This document shows positions 18,345-27,383 of a DNA stretch of 64,000 nt, piece by piece. Below the pieces are notes generated by a model. That model did not search any database and was not told where the DNA came from. It saw only the letters and a list, made by a program, of their open reading frames with translations. Within the stretch, counting starts at the first letter, position 1. The number at the start of each line of letters is the position of its first letter. The DNA lies in the NCBI GenBank assembly GCA_964388105.1, contig CAYLYQ010000001.1, positions 48,711 to 112,710 of the forward strand, written 5' to 3'. This DNA comes from an uncultured Acidimicrobiaceae bacterium. GTDB lineage: Bacteria; Actinomycetota; Acidimicrobiia; Spongiisociales; ZC4RG35. Both the position numbers and the translations under genes were made by a program.

Positions 18345-18851
18345 TCAGGGCAGCCCTCCGACCAGGTCGTCGAAGACGGCGATCAGCGACGGGGCGTAAC
18401 CGAGGAGCACCGCCCCGGGGAGCATGAGGAGGGTCACCGGGATCATGAGGCGGGTCGGGAGCGATCGTGCCCTGGCCAGCCGGCGGGACCGCTCCTCGGC
18501 GAGATCCGTGTCGATCATCCGGTGAACGGTCCCCGCCAGCGACGCGCCGGACCGCTGCGCCCGCGCCAGCTGCGCCAGGGCGCCTCGCAGGGAATCGGGA
18601 GCCGCCGTCACCGCGGCGCCGAGGCCTGCCACCGAGGCAAGCCGTACCAGCCGTGCGAGATCGCGGTGCTCGGGGAGCCGGGAGGAGGCGGCCTGGAGTG
18701 CGCCGAGCACGGAGCGACCGGCTCGAATCTCGGTGAGGACGACGAGGAGGACGAGTCGGGTGGGGACGGCGGGGGCCCGGGACACACGGCCTCGTGACAG
18801 GACGACGGCGGCAGCGATGGCGGCGAGCAGCAACGTCATCTCGCCCTCCAC
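18345..18851 (-). CDS. tadC: TadC-like type II secretion system F-family membrane protein
   Basis: Multi-TM, Ala/Leu-rich; size and order match Rv3657c-like protein of the Tad locus. Confidence 0.55.
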   Translation of the reverse strand: MEGEMTLLLAAIAAAVVLSRGRVSRAPAVPTRLVLLVVLTEIRAGRSVLGALQAASSRLPEHRDLARLVRLASVAGLGAAVTAAPDSLRGALAQLARAQRSGASLAGTVHRMIDTDLAEERSRRLARARSLPTRLMIPVTLLMLPGAVLLGYAPSLIAVFDDLVGGLP

Positions 18852-19474
18852 AGGATCAGCAGGGCCCCGGCGATGCCGCAGAGGAACAGCGCGGATCCGA
18901 CGAAGGCAATGCCCCTCTGGTTCCCGGTGGCGAACAGCGACGGCAGGTCTCCGGACGCCCAGCGCCAGCCCAGGTAGGCCACCGGGGCGCCCACGAACAC
19001 GCCGGCAGCCACCCGGCCGGGGGCGGCGGCAACCCGGATCTCCCGGCGAATCTCGTCATGGGCGAGAGCAAGCGACGCCATCTCGTCGAACAGGTCGGCT
19101 GGAGGGGCGCCCGACCTGGCGGCTCCGGCGAGGGCGATCGCGAGCTCAGGGCCCGTTCCCGGCAGGGCCTCCCCGATTCGGCCTCCCAGCTCGTCCCAGG
19201 GGAGCACGAGACACTCGTCGGCGAGACCGTGATCGCCGGTGGCAGCCATCGAAGCAGCGAGCGAGTGCCGCAGGGAAGCTCCCGACCGCATCTCGGCGGC
19301 CACCCCCTCGAGGAAGCGCACCGCCATCCCGCCCTCTTGCCGCTTGCCTCGCCAGACGAGGGCCACCACCACGACCCCGAGCCCCCAAGGGAAGAAGAGG
19401 GTCATCCCGATCAGGCCGAGCCGAAGCGGGCTCAACCCGGCGGCGGTGGCTGCCGCCAGCAAGACGAGGTCCAT
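18836..19474 (-). CDS. tadB: TadB-like type II secretion system F-family membrane protein
   Basis: Start MDLVLLAAATAAG overlaps cpaF stop (TGATG); TM helices flanking a cytoplasmic domain. Confidence 0.6.
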   Translation of the reverse strand: MDLVLLAAATAAGLSPLRLGLIGMTLFFPWGLGVVVVALVWRGKRQEGGMAVRFLEGVAAEMRSGASLRHSLAASMAATGDHGLADECLVLPWDELGGRIGEALPGTGPELAIALAGAARSGAPPADLFDEMASLALAHDEIRREIRVAAAPGRVAAGVFVGAPVAYLGWRWASGDLPSLFATGNQRGIAFVGSALFLCGIAGALLILWRAR

Positions 19475-20553
19475 CACCAGTCCTCCAGGTCCTCTCGGGC
19501 GACTATCGCCCGCACCGTTCGGCCCACCGGGCCTCGCTCGATCTGGACGACGATGTCGACGGCGGCGCGCAGCTGTCGGGCGATCGCCTCCTCGGATGCG
19601 ACACCGGAGCCCATCGCCAGGGTGTGGAGCCGCCACATGGCTTCCTGCGGGGAGTTGGCGTGAACCGTCGTCATGGAGCCCCGGTGCCCGGTGTTGAGCG
19701 CACTGATCAGGTCGAGGGCCTCGGCGCCCCTGACCTCCCCGACGATGATCCGGTCGGGTCGCAGCCGCAGCGCCGATCGCACCAGTTGACGGATGGTGAT
19801 CTCCCCTGCGGATTCGGCGTTGGCTGGCCTGGCCTCGAGTGCGACGACATGACCTGGCAGCGACAGCTCGGCCGCGTCCTCGATGGTGACGACTCTCTCC
19901 GTCGGAGGGATCTGGCCGGCGAGGAGGTTGAGGAGGGTGGTCTTGCCTGCCCCGGTGCCACCGGAGACCACGATCGTCTTCCGAGAGCGGACCGAGTCGG
20001 TCAGCCGGTCCGCTTCCTCTCGCGTCATGGTGCCGGCCGACACCAGGTCATCGAGGTCGGACACCTTCTGGCTGAACCTTCGGATGGCAACCAGTGGCGA
20101 CTCGACCGACGCGGGCGGGAGGACCGCGTGGAGTCGGCTGCCGTCGGGGAGCCTGGCATCGACCATGGGCAGCGTCCGGTCGACCCGGAGACCGAGAGGA
20201 GCGATGACGCGCTCCACCAGGGCCACGATCGCCCCCGCGGATCCGAACGACACCGCCGAACGCTCCAGCCCATCGCCCCGGTCCACCCAGACCTCGTCGG
20301 GGCCGTTGACCAAGACGTCCGTGACCTCCGGGTCGTCCACCAGGGCTTGAAGGGGCCCCAATCCCAGCACGCCGGCGACCACCGGCGCCAAGGAGTCGCG
20401 GGCGTGCCACGGCGACTCGGAAGCAAGGAGCCGCATCGCCTCGGCCTCCACAGATCCGCGATCGAGGGTGACGTCCGACAGGGCGATCGCCCGCGCCACG
20501 CGTTCGATCACGCCCACGGCAGCCCCCACACCGGCCGCCAGGCACGCAGCCAT
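19474..20553 (-). CDS. cpaF: CpaF/TadA pilus assembly ATPase
   Basis: VVSGGTGAGKTTLLNLLAGQIPPTERVVTIEDAAEL Walker A/Asp box; GEVRGAEALDLISALNTGHRGSMTTVHANS; start uncertain (20553 or ~20436). Confidence 0.85.
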   Translation of the reverse strand: MAACLAAGVGAAVGVIERVARAIALSDVTLDRGSVEAEAMRLLASESPWHARDSLAPVVAGVLGLGPLQALVDDPEVTDVLVNGPDEVWVDRGDGLERSAVSFGSAGAIVALVERVIAPLGLRVDRTLPMVDARLPDGSRLHAVLPPASVESPLVAIRRFSQKVSDLDDLVSAGTMTREEADRLTDSVRSRKTIVVSGGTGAGKTTLLNLLAGQIPPTERVVTIEDAAELSLPGHVVALEARPANAESAGEITIRQLVRSALRLRPDRIIVGEVRGAEALDLISALNTGHRGSMTTVHANSPQEAMWRLHTLAMGSGVASEEAIARQLRAAVDIVVQIERGPVGRTVRAIVAREDLEDW

Positions 20554-21056
20554 CGTCCGGGCATCGGTGCCCCCCGGGCCAGCGCCCGACGGACCGTCCC
20601 GGCGCCGACCGGCGGCAACAGCGGCCCGGGCCCGGGTGGGTCCGATCCTCCGCGCATCCTCTGCCACACGGCGGGGCGGGTGCTCGTGGGGGCCAGGACC
20701 CCGGGGAACAGCGGGGTGACAGGGACCACCGCGCCCGGCCACTCCTGCCCGCCCAGCCGGACGACGATCGCCGGCCAGCCCGACGCCAGCCGCATCACCA
20801 GGTCGTGCGCCTCCGCGACGCCGATCCCCCCGGAGCCCAGCACCGCGATCCCCTTCCGCGCGGGCGTCGCCTCCGCCTTCCGGGGCCCGTCGAGAGACAG
20901 GTCGACGAGAGTCCGGTGCGTGCCAAGCCCGAGGCGGTCGCCGAGGTCGACGATCAGAGCCGTGCCAGCGCAGCCTGCGAGCCCGATGGGCCCGAGGATC
21001 GACATCACCGGATCGTCGGCGGCGACCGCCAGCACCAGGGCCCTCTCCCTCCCCAT
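20508..21056 (-). CDS. Short Rv3660c/SsD-like (CpaE-family N-domain) protein
   Basis: Position at head of Tad operon; ALVLAVAADDPV...IGLAGCAGTALIVD receiver-like start; only 182 aa vs ~350 aa mycobacterial homologue. Confidence 0.4.
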   Translation of the reverse strand: MGRERALVLAVAADDPVMSILGPIGLAGCAGTALIVDLGDRLGLGTHRTLVDLSLDGPRKAEATPARKGIAVLGSGGIGVAEAHDLVMRLASGWPAIVVRLGGQEWPGAVVPVTPLFPGVLAPTSTRPAVWQRMRGGSDPPGPGPLLPPVGAGTVRRALARGAPMPGRWLRAWRPVWGLPWA

Positions 21057-21119
21057 GCCCGCGAACCTATGGGAGCGTCATCCGCCCGACAAGACCCTCG
21101 CGAGCGGTAACTTCGACAC

Positions 21120-21899
21120 ATGGCGATCGGAGCCTTCTTCGACCTAGACAAGACGATCATCGCCCGGTCGTCGACCCTCGCGTTCACCCGACCCATGTTC
21201 CGCGCCGGGCTCCTCGGCGGCACGACTTTGGCCAAGGCGGGCATCGCCCAGGCGTACTACCGGGCCTTCGGCGCCGCCGAAGGGCACTTGGAGCGGGTCA
21301 AGGACGAGCTGTCCAATCTGATCCGCGGCTGGGAGCGCGAGGAGGTGATGGCGCTGGTCACGGAGACGGTGGACGAAGTGGTGACCCCCATGGTCTATGC
21401 CGAGGCACTCGCCGTCGTGGACCGGCACCGGAAGTCCGGCCATCGCGTCGTCGTCATCTCGGCCAGCCCGGAGGAGATCGTCCGGCCCTTGTGCCGCCAT
21501 CTGGGCATCGACGAGATCATCGCCACACGGTCGGAGGTCGACGAGGAGGGCCGCTACACCGGCAACATCGAGTTCTACGCCTATGGCGACAACAAGGCGG
21601 TGGCGATGAGGGAGTTCGCCGAGAGGGAGGGGATCGACCTCGATGCCAGCTACGCGTACTCGGACTCCGCCACGGACTTGCCGATGCTCGAGGCGGTGGG
21701 GCACCCGGTGGCCGTCAACCCCGATTCGGCCTTGGCCGGGATCGCCTCCGAGCGGGGTTGGGAGGTCCGCCGTTTCGAAGCCGCGGTGACCATGAGGGAC
21801 CGCATCGCCGCCAAGGCGGTTCCGGGCGCCGCGGTGGCGACAGGCGTGGCCGCGATCCTCGCCTACTGGGCGTTGAAGGGACGCAAGAGCTCGTCCTGA
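21120..21899 (+). CDS. HAD-IB family hydrolase (phosphoserine-phosphatase-like)
   Basis: FFDLDKTII motif I, VVVISASPEEIV, YAYGDNKAVAM..AYSDSATDLPML motif III/IV; neighbour of Tad locus as Rv3661 in M. tuberculosis. Confidence 0.8.
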   Translation: MAIGAFFDLDKTIIARSSTLAFTRPMFRAGLLGGTTLAKAGIAQAYYRAFGAAEGHLERVKDELSNLIRGWEREEVMALVTETVDEVVTPMVYAEALAVVDRHRKSGHRVVVISASPEEIVRPLCRHLGIDEIIATRSEVDEEGRYTGNIEFYAYGDNKAVAMREFAEREGIDLDASYAYSDSATDLPMLEAVGHPVAVNPDSALAGIASERGWEVRRFEAAVTMRDRIAAKAVPGAAVATGVAAILAYWALKGRKSSS

Positions 21900-22204
21900 G
21901 GGATGACCACCCACTCCGTCCCGAGTGCCCGCACGGCATCGATCAGCCCGGCAGCGTCGAATGAGCCGTCGCCGAGGAGACCCAAGACGGAGCGTGACAA
22001 CGAGAAGGCGACGAGGCGCGCCACCTCTTCGCGGTCGACTGGGCCGGTCACCATGCCGTCGCTGACCAACTTGAGGGCGTCCGTCACGGGTGCCACCACC
22101 ATCATCGCCGGGGCGCCCTCGGACGATGCCCCAACCGGATCACCGGAGGGGTCGAACGAAACGGGATCACCGGGCTGAGTCAGGAGCAGCCGGGGCCGGA
22201 TCAC
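21863..22204 (-). CDS. Hypothetical ORF with weak resemblance to the C-terminal half of IspD (possible gene remnant)
   Basis: GAPAMMVVAPVTDALKLVSDGMVTGPVDRE resembles the IspD PVTDTLK..DG.V..T.DR block; FDAAGLIDAVRALGTEWVVIPQDE resembles the TDDASLVE..G..V.LV segment; no N-terminal half. Confidence 0.25.
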   Translation of the reverse strand: MIRPRLLLTQPGDPVSFDPSGDPVGASSEGAPAMMVVAPVTDALKLVSDGMVTGPVDREEVARLVAFSLSRSVLGLLGDGSFDAAGLIDAVRALGTEWVVIPQDELLRPFNAQ

Positions 22205-22227
22205 GGGGTCACGGTACCCTCCGCGGC

Positions 22228-22839
22228 GTGTCCCGAGGCATGGTCGTGGTTGCAGCCGGATCCGGCTCGCGGTTCTCCGGGGACAAGACGCTCGCCGACC
22301 TCGAGGGCCGCCCTCTGGTCGCGCTCACCGTCTCCCGTGTCCGCCGACTGGTGGACGAAGTGGTCCTGGTCTGCCGCCCCGATCAGCGGGACGCCCTCGA
22401 GCATCTCGGGGTGGCCATGGTCGACGGGGGCGCGACACGGACCGACAGCGAGGCGGCGGGACTGGCGGCGCTCGCCTCGGACCACGCCCTGGTCGGCGTC
22501 CACGACGGGGCCCGCCCCAATGTCTTTCCCGACCTGGTGGAGCGACTGTTCCGCTCCGCGGCCGACCACGGAGGAGCGGCACCCGTCCTGGCTCCGTCCA
22601 CGCCCATCGTGGAGAAGAGGACCGGCAGGATCGTGCGGGGCGCTCTCGGCGTCCAGACGCCCCAGGTGTTCCGGGGTCGGGAACTGATCGACGCCTACCG
22701 CGGCCGTGGCGATGAAGATGGCCACGACACTGTCGATCTGGTGCAGCGGCTCACCGATCTGCGGATCGCCGCCGTGACCGGGGATCCGAGGAACATCAAG
22801 GTGACCTATCCGGCCGACCTGGCCTGGGTGATCAGGTGA
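22228..22839 (+). CDS. ispD: 2-C-methyl-D-erythritol 4-phosphate cytidylyltransferase
   Basis: VVAAGSGSRF, VHDGARP, VQTPQVF, NIKVTYPADL; GTG 22228 or ATG 22240; track N-extension is low complexity. Confidence 0.8.
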   Translation: MSRGMVVVAAGSGSRFSGDKTLADLEGRPLVALTVSRVRRLVDEVVLVCRPDQRDALEHLGVAMVDGGATRTDSEAAGLAALASDHALVGVHDGARPNVFPDLVERLFRSAADHGGAAPVLAPSTPIVEKRTGRIVRGALGVQTPQVFRGRELIDAYRGRGDEDGHDTVDLVQRLTDLRIAAVTGDPRNIKVTYPADLAWVIR

Positions 22840-23323
22840 GGGCGCGCTCGTAGACCAGCTCGTCGAGGCTCGTCCCACCGATGTCCAGTGTCTGCCGTGT
22901 CGGTGTCGGCTTCCAGCCGCTCCGCTCGTAGAAGGCGCGGGCCCGCGTGTTGCCCTCGAGGACCCAGAGCATCGCCCGATCGAATCCGATTTCGGCGAGC
23001 CGGCCTTCGGCCTGGCTCAGGAGCTCGGTTCCGAGGCCGAGCCCCCAGGAGGACGGGCGGAGATAGATGGCGTACACCTCGCCCCAACCGTCGACGTCGC
23101 GGGAAGGGCCGAGACTGCAGAACCCGTGGATCTCCCCGTCGTCCGAGACCAGAACGGTCCGCCCCTCGGTGATCATCTCCGCAAAGCGTGCCGTCCGGGC
23201 AGCCGGATCCAGCGTGTCGAAGAACGAGGGCGGGAGCAGGTGGGCGTAGGCGGCCCGCCACGATTCGACGTGAAGCGGGCCCAGCGCTTCGGCATCGGCC
23301 ACACGCGCCAGCCGAATGGTCAC
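22832..23323 (-). CDS. GNAT family N-acetyltransferase
   Basis: VTIRLARVADAEAL...; acetyl-CoA-binding-like LRPSSWGLGLGTELL; GTG start in GTGA overlap with upstream gene; 8-nt overlap with ispD end. Confidence 0.75.
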   Translation of the reverse strand: MTIRLARVADAEALGPLHVESWRAAYAHLLPPSFFDTLDPAARTARFAEMITEGRTVLVSDDGEIHGFCSLGPSRDVDGWGEVYAIYLRPSSWGLGLGTELLSQAEGRLAEIGFDRAMLWVLEGNTRARAFYERSGWKPTPTRQTLDIGGTSLDELVYERALT

Positions 23324-23835
23324 TCGTCCTCCGCCGAGCCCATTTCGTCGGCGCCGGCTTCCCGGCGTTCGTCGCGCTCCCCCAGCACCCAGAAGGCGAG
23401 GGCGGAGAGAGACGCCGCCCCGAGCGCCACGGCCAGCCACCCCCACCGTGCGGACTCGCTCGGTTCCGGTTCCTCCGGCTCGCCCGAGTCCGCGGGCGAG
23501 CCCTCGAAGCTCAGCTGAGCCCCCATTGCGCTGAGGGTGGTCGGATCGGAGAGATGGCCGGGCTCGCCTATGGCCTCGAAGACGACGAAAAAGTCCTTGC
23601 GGGGCAACTCCGTGCGGATTCCGTAGGTCCCACCACCCCGGGGGAGGAGAGAGATCACGATCGGCTCGTCGGCGCCGGTGGAGAAGTGGGCGACGACCGA
23701 CTGGGCGGAGACCATGACCTCGACGGAGATGTCGACGAGCATGGTGTCGGCCTCGAGGCTGACGGTCGTCGCGCTCGCCTGCCCGAACGACCCGCCGAGG
23801 GTCACTGCGGCGAGGATGGCCGCCACGGCCCTCAC
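23320..23835 (-). CDS. Secreted, C-terminally membrane-anchored hypothetical protein
   Basis: GTG start in GTGA overlap with GDPD stop; signal peptide VRAVAAILAAVTLGGSFGQASA; C-terminal TM WGWLAVALGAASLSALAFWVL followed by acidic tail. Confidence 0.5.
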   Translation of the reverse strand: MRAVAAILAAVTLGGSFGQASATTVSLEADTMLVDISVEVMVSAQSVVAHFSTGADEPIVISLLPRGGGTYGIRTELPRKDFFVVFEAIGEPGHLSDPTTLSAMGAQLSFEGSPADSGEPEEPEPSESARWGWLAVALGAASLSALAFWVLGERDERREAGADEMGSAEDE

Positions 23836-24587
23836 GACACCACCTCGAGGGAGCGGGCCAGGTCGGGACGATCGGTGATGATGCCCGTGACGCCGAGGTC
23901 GATCAGGCGACGCATCTCGGCGGGTTGGTTGACGGTCCAGACGTAGATCGGGACTTCGGAGCGACCGGCAGCAGAAATCAGTCGCTCGTCGACCACGCGC
24001 ACCCCCATGTACTGCAAGGGGAGGTGCAGCGCATCGGCCATCGGTCGGCGCCCGGATGCGGCCAACCATCTCCTCGCCCCGCGCGCGCCGATGGACGTGC
24101 GGATGCGCCCACCGGACAACTGCCGGATGTCGCGCAGCCAGCTCTCCCGGAACGAGCCGACGACAGCCCGCTCATAGAGGTTGTGGGTGGCGAAGAGCCC
24201 GAGCAGGCCGGGAATGACCTCGGCTGCCTTGATGTCGAGCACGAGCTCCAGATCGGGATACGACGACGCCAACTCGGCCAGCGCCGGGATGCGGACACCC
24301 GAGTCGCGATGGGCGAAGCCGTCGGGTCCCTTGTGGCGAAACCCGGCATCCAGTCGGCTGATGGCGGCGAAGTCCATGTGGGCCACCCGGCCCGAACCGT
24401 CGGTGGTGCGATCGATGGTCGGGTCGTGGATGCACACCACCGTCCCGTCGGCCGTGACCCGAAGATCGGTCTCTACCTGTTGCGCCCCCATGGCGATGGC
24501 GCCGGCGAATGCGGTCATGGTGTTCTCGGGCCACAGATAGCGGCTGCCGCGGTGCGCCACCACCACCGGTTCCCGGGAAGGGCTCAT
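23832..24587 (-). CDS. glpQ: Glycerophosphodiester phosphodiesterase
   Basis: VVAHRGSRYLWPENTMTAFAGAIAMGAQQVETDLRVTADGTVVCIHDPTIDRTTDGSG GDPD catalytic motifs. Confidence 0.85.
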   Translation of the reverse strand: MSPSREPVVVAHRGSRYLWPENTMTAFAGAIAMGAQQVETDLRVTADGTVVCIHDPTIDRTTDGSGRVAHMDFAAISRLDAGFRHKGPDGFAHRDSGVRIPALAELASSYPDLELVLDIKAAEVIPGLLGLFATHNLYERAVVGSFRESWLRDIRQLSGGRIRTSIGARGARRWLAASGRRPMADALHLPLQYMGVRVVDERLISAAGRSEVPIYVWTVNQPAEMRRLIDLGVTGIITDRPDLARSLEVVS

Positions 24588-24669
24588 ATCGGGAAAAGGT
24601 AGCGGCGGGGCCTGCCTAGGAAGCAGTGAGGGGCCCGAAGGCCCCTCGCCGGTTGAACACGATTCGGGT

Positions 24670-24963
24670 CTACTGGACGACCCGGTCCTTCAAGCCCTTC
24701 GCCGCCTGGAAAGCGGCGTACTTGCGTGCGGGAATCGTGATGGTCTCGCCGGTGGCCGGGTTGCGGCCCTGGCGAGCGGAACGCGACTTGGTGCTGAAGC
24801 TACCGAAGCCGCTGATGTTGACCTTGCGGCCGGCATCGAGCTCGACGGCGATGATCCCCTCACCCGACTTGGTCGAGAAGATGATGTCGATGATCTCCGC
24901 CGCCTTGGCCTTGGAGATGTCCGCCTTCTTGGCCAGCTTCTCCGCCATCTCGGTCTTGTTCAC
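24670..24963 (-). CDS. hup: DNA-binding protein HU
   Basis: GTG start giving MNKTEMAEKLAKKADISKAKAAEIIDIIF; GFGSFSTKSRSARQGRNPATGETITIPARKYAAF arm; ~97 aa. Confidence 0.8.
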   Translation of the reverse strand: MNKTEMAEKLAKKADISKAKAAEIIDIIFSTKSGEGIIAVELDAGRKVNISGFGSFSTKSRSARQGRNPATGETITIPARKYAAFQAAKGLKDRVVQ

Positions 24964-25045
24964 AGCCCCTCCTTCGGGTCGGTGTCTACGCCGCGCTGAT
25001 GCGACAATCGTGCCCGAACGATAGGGGAGTAGGAGGAAATCCCAT

Positions 25046-25855
25046 GTGCAATGCGTCATTTACGATTCGCGGCCTGTGAGCGTCTCCTACCGGCTCGATG
25101 GCGATGTCGCCGTCGTCACCCTCGACCGGCCCGACCGGTTCAACGCCATCGAGGCCACGCTCTCCGACGGACTGGTGGCGGCGGTCGCCCGTGCCGAGAG
25201 CGAAGCCCGCGCCCTCGTCCTGACCGCAGCGGGTAAGGCCTTCTGCTCCGGAGCCGACCTCGCCGACCTGATCGCGGACTACGAGACGACCGGCCCCGAC
25301 CTCGAGGACCGGCTCAACCGGGTGTTCCATCCGATGGTGGAGGCCCTCATGCAGGCCGCGGTCCCGACGGTGGCCGCCGTCAACGGCGTCGCTGCGGGCG
25401 CCGGCCTCGGACTGGCCCTGGCGTGCGACTTGCGCGTCGCCGGCGCCTCGGCATCGTTCGTATCCGCCTTCACCGGGATCGGCCTCGTTCCCGACTCCGG
25501 AACCACGTGGACGCTGCCTGCGCTGGTCGGAACGGGGCGCGCGCTGGAGCTCGTGCTGACCAACAGGCGGCTCGGGCCGGACGAGGCCGTCGATTGGGGC
25601 CTCTGCTCCGAGGCGGTGCCCGATGACCAGCTGATGCCGCGCGCCATGGAGCTGGCCGCGGGCCTGGCGAACCTGGTCCCGGATGCGCTGGTCACAGCAC
25701 GGCGCCTCATCCGCGAGGCGCCCGGACTATCCCTCTCCGAGGCCCTGGCGGCCGAGCGCGCGGAACAGCACCGTCTGGGAAGGACTCCAGCGCATCTCGA
25801 AGGAGTGCGGGCGTTCCTCGAGAAGAGGAAGCCCGACTACCGGACGACCAGGTAG
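25046..25855 (+). CDS. Enoyl-CoA hydratase/isomerase family protein
   Basis: LTAAGKAFCSGADLADL oxyanion-hole motif; AAVNGVAAGAGLGLALACDLRVA; true start may be GTG ~25076 (VSVSYRLDGDVAVVTLDRP). Confidence 0.8.
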   Translation: MQCVIYDSRPVSVSYRLDGDVAVVTLDRPDRFNAIEATLSDGLVAAVARAESEARALVLTAAGKAFCSGADLADLIADYETTGPDLEDRLNRVFHPMVEALMQAAVPTVAAVNGVAAGAGLGLALACDLRVAGASASFVSAFTGIGLVPDSGTTWTLPALVGTGRALELVLTNRRLGPDEAVDWGLCSEAVPDDQLMPRAMELAAGLANLVPDALVTARRLIREAPGLSLSEALAAERAEQHRLGRTPAHLEGVRAFLEKRKPDYRTTR

Positions 25856-26250
25856 ACCTCCAGCGAGAGCTTCCCTTCGGCCCCCCGGCCGATGGCGACG
25901 CCGATGCGCTCGTTGAGCCAGGCGAGATCCTCGTTGCCCGTGTGGAAGGTGATCAGCTCGTTGATCTCGGCGGACTGGTCTTCGGACACCACCGAAACGC
26001 CGGTGGCTCGATAACCCACCGACTCGCGCTTGGAGCCGATGACACCGTGGATGTCGAGGTCCATGTTCCCGTCACCACGGATGACCGCGAAGTCGGTCCC
26101 CGACACCGGCCGCTCCCCCTCCCAATGCGGGCTGGTGGCCGTTCCCTCGAAGGGGAAGTCGACCCGGGTCCCCGCCGGGCCGCGGCCGACCATCTTCGGG
26201 CGCATCTCGCCTTCGATGGTGCAGAACAGTTCCAATCCGGGCACGGTCAA
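25837..26250 (-). CDS. Hypothetical protein (possibly DUF3237-like beta-barrel)
   Basis: 137 aa, balanced composition, 19-nt overlap with crotonase 3' end; family assignment from memory only. Confidence 0.45.
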   Translation of the reverse strand: MTVPGLELFCTIEGEMRPKMVGRGPAGTRVDFPFEGTATSPHWEGERPVSGTDFAVIRGDGNMDLDIHGVIGSKRESVGYRATGVSVVSEDQSAEINELITFHTGNEDLAWLNERIGVAIGRGAEGKLSLEVYLVVR

Positions 26251-26311
26251 AGCTCCTCCGTCGGGGAGCGGAACCGTAGCCCGGCTCCGGCCTGGCGGTT
26301 GTCGATGCGAT

Positions 26312-27295
26312 TCAACCGTATCGGTCGACGAACCCCACCAGCCAGGGCATCAGGGAGTCGATGAAGCGCTCGGCCTCGGCCGGGGCGAGGGTACGGGCGG
26401 CATAGTTGGTCAGCAGGACCTGGCGCGCCGCCATGAAGCTCTCCAGACGGCGCGTGTCCATCTCCGGCCACTCCCTGACCCCCTCGTAGCCCCGCCGGAA
26501 AGCGTCCCGGATGGCTTCCCGGTCCGGGCGCACCCTCGAGTGGTACAGGGAGATCGCGATGTCCTGCGAGGGCAGGGCGATCATCATGTCCTCGAAGTCG
26601 AAGACGTGCATGCGTTGCCCGGCCATGTGCACGTTCCACTCGTGGAGATCGCCGTGGACGACCTGCGGCCGCCCCGACGCCCAGGCCTCGTCGATGGCAT
26701 CGGAGGCGAGCTCGGTTGCCCGCGCGATCACCGCCCGCATCTGGCCGTCGAAGATGTGGTCGTAGTAGGGATTGGTGATGACCACCGGATCGATGTCCGC
26801 CCCGTAATAGAAGACGCGGTCCCAACGGCGCAGCTCGTCGGTTCGCTCCGGCCGCCAGGTCTCACCGTGGTTGTGGAGGGTCGCCGAGACCTTGCCGAGC
26901 ATCCGGTAGCCGAATGGGCCTCCCGCCCCCAGCGGCTCACCGGGGATCCAACTGAAGAGAACGCAGGCCCGCTCCTTGCCGATCGACGGGTCGAAGACGT
27001 CGACGACGAGAGCGCCCGATCTCGTCGGGATCGGCCGCACCACCTCGAGATCGGTTTCGGCGTTGAGCGCGGTGAGCCAGGCGACCTCGTAGTCGATGTT
27101 GGATCGGGTGTTGCCGCGAACCGACCCGACCCGAAGGGTCATCTGCTCCCCGGAATGCGTCTCCACCCGGTAGAGGACGTTGGAGTGGGTGGCGAGGTGG
27201 GTCACCGAGCGGATGTCATATGCGTAATGGCCCAAGGCGGACCGGGCCAGGGGCAGAAGCCGGTGGGCTTCCTCAGATATGCGAGAGACGTCCAT
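26312..27295 (-). CDS. Aminoglycoside/choline-kinase-like phosphotransferase (APH family)
   Basis: VVHGDLHEWNV catalytic loop, FDFEDMMIA DFG-like motif, ~327 aa. Confidence 0.75.
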   Translation of the reverse strand: MDVSRISEEAHRLLPLARSALGHYAYDIRSVTHLATHSNVLYRVETHSGEQMTLRVGSVRGNTRSNIDYEVAWLTALNAETDLEVVRPIPTRSGALVVDVFDPSIGKERACVLFSWIPGEPLGAGGPFGYRMLGKVSATLHNHGETWRPERTDELRRWDRVFYYGADIDPVVITNPYYDHIFDGQMRAVIARATELASDAIDEAWASGRPQVVHGDLHEWNVHMAGQRMHVFDFEDMMIALPSQDIAISLYHSRVRPDREAIRDAFRRGYEGVREWPEMDTRRLESFMAARQVLLTNYAARTLAPAEAERFIDSLMPWLVGFVDRYG

Positions 27296-27383
27296 CGAAG
27301 CCAGCTCTTCTCATCACCAGGAGATTCTGGTCCCATATCGGCACCGAACGAGTGAAAGCGCCCCCGTCTAAAGGCCCAATCTG

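Noticed and set aside
18733-21147. 804-aa plus-strand ORF spanning the Tad locus
   Set aside because: Antisense to tadB/cpaF/ssd-like; extreme Arg/Pro/Gly composition; no motifs.
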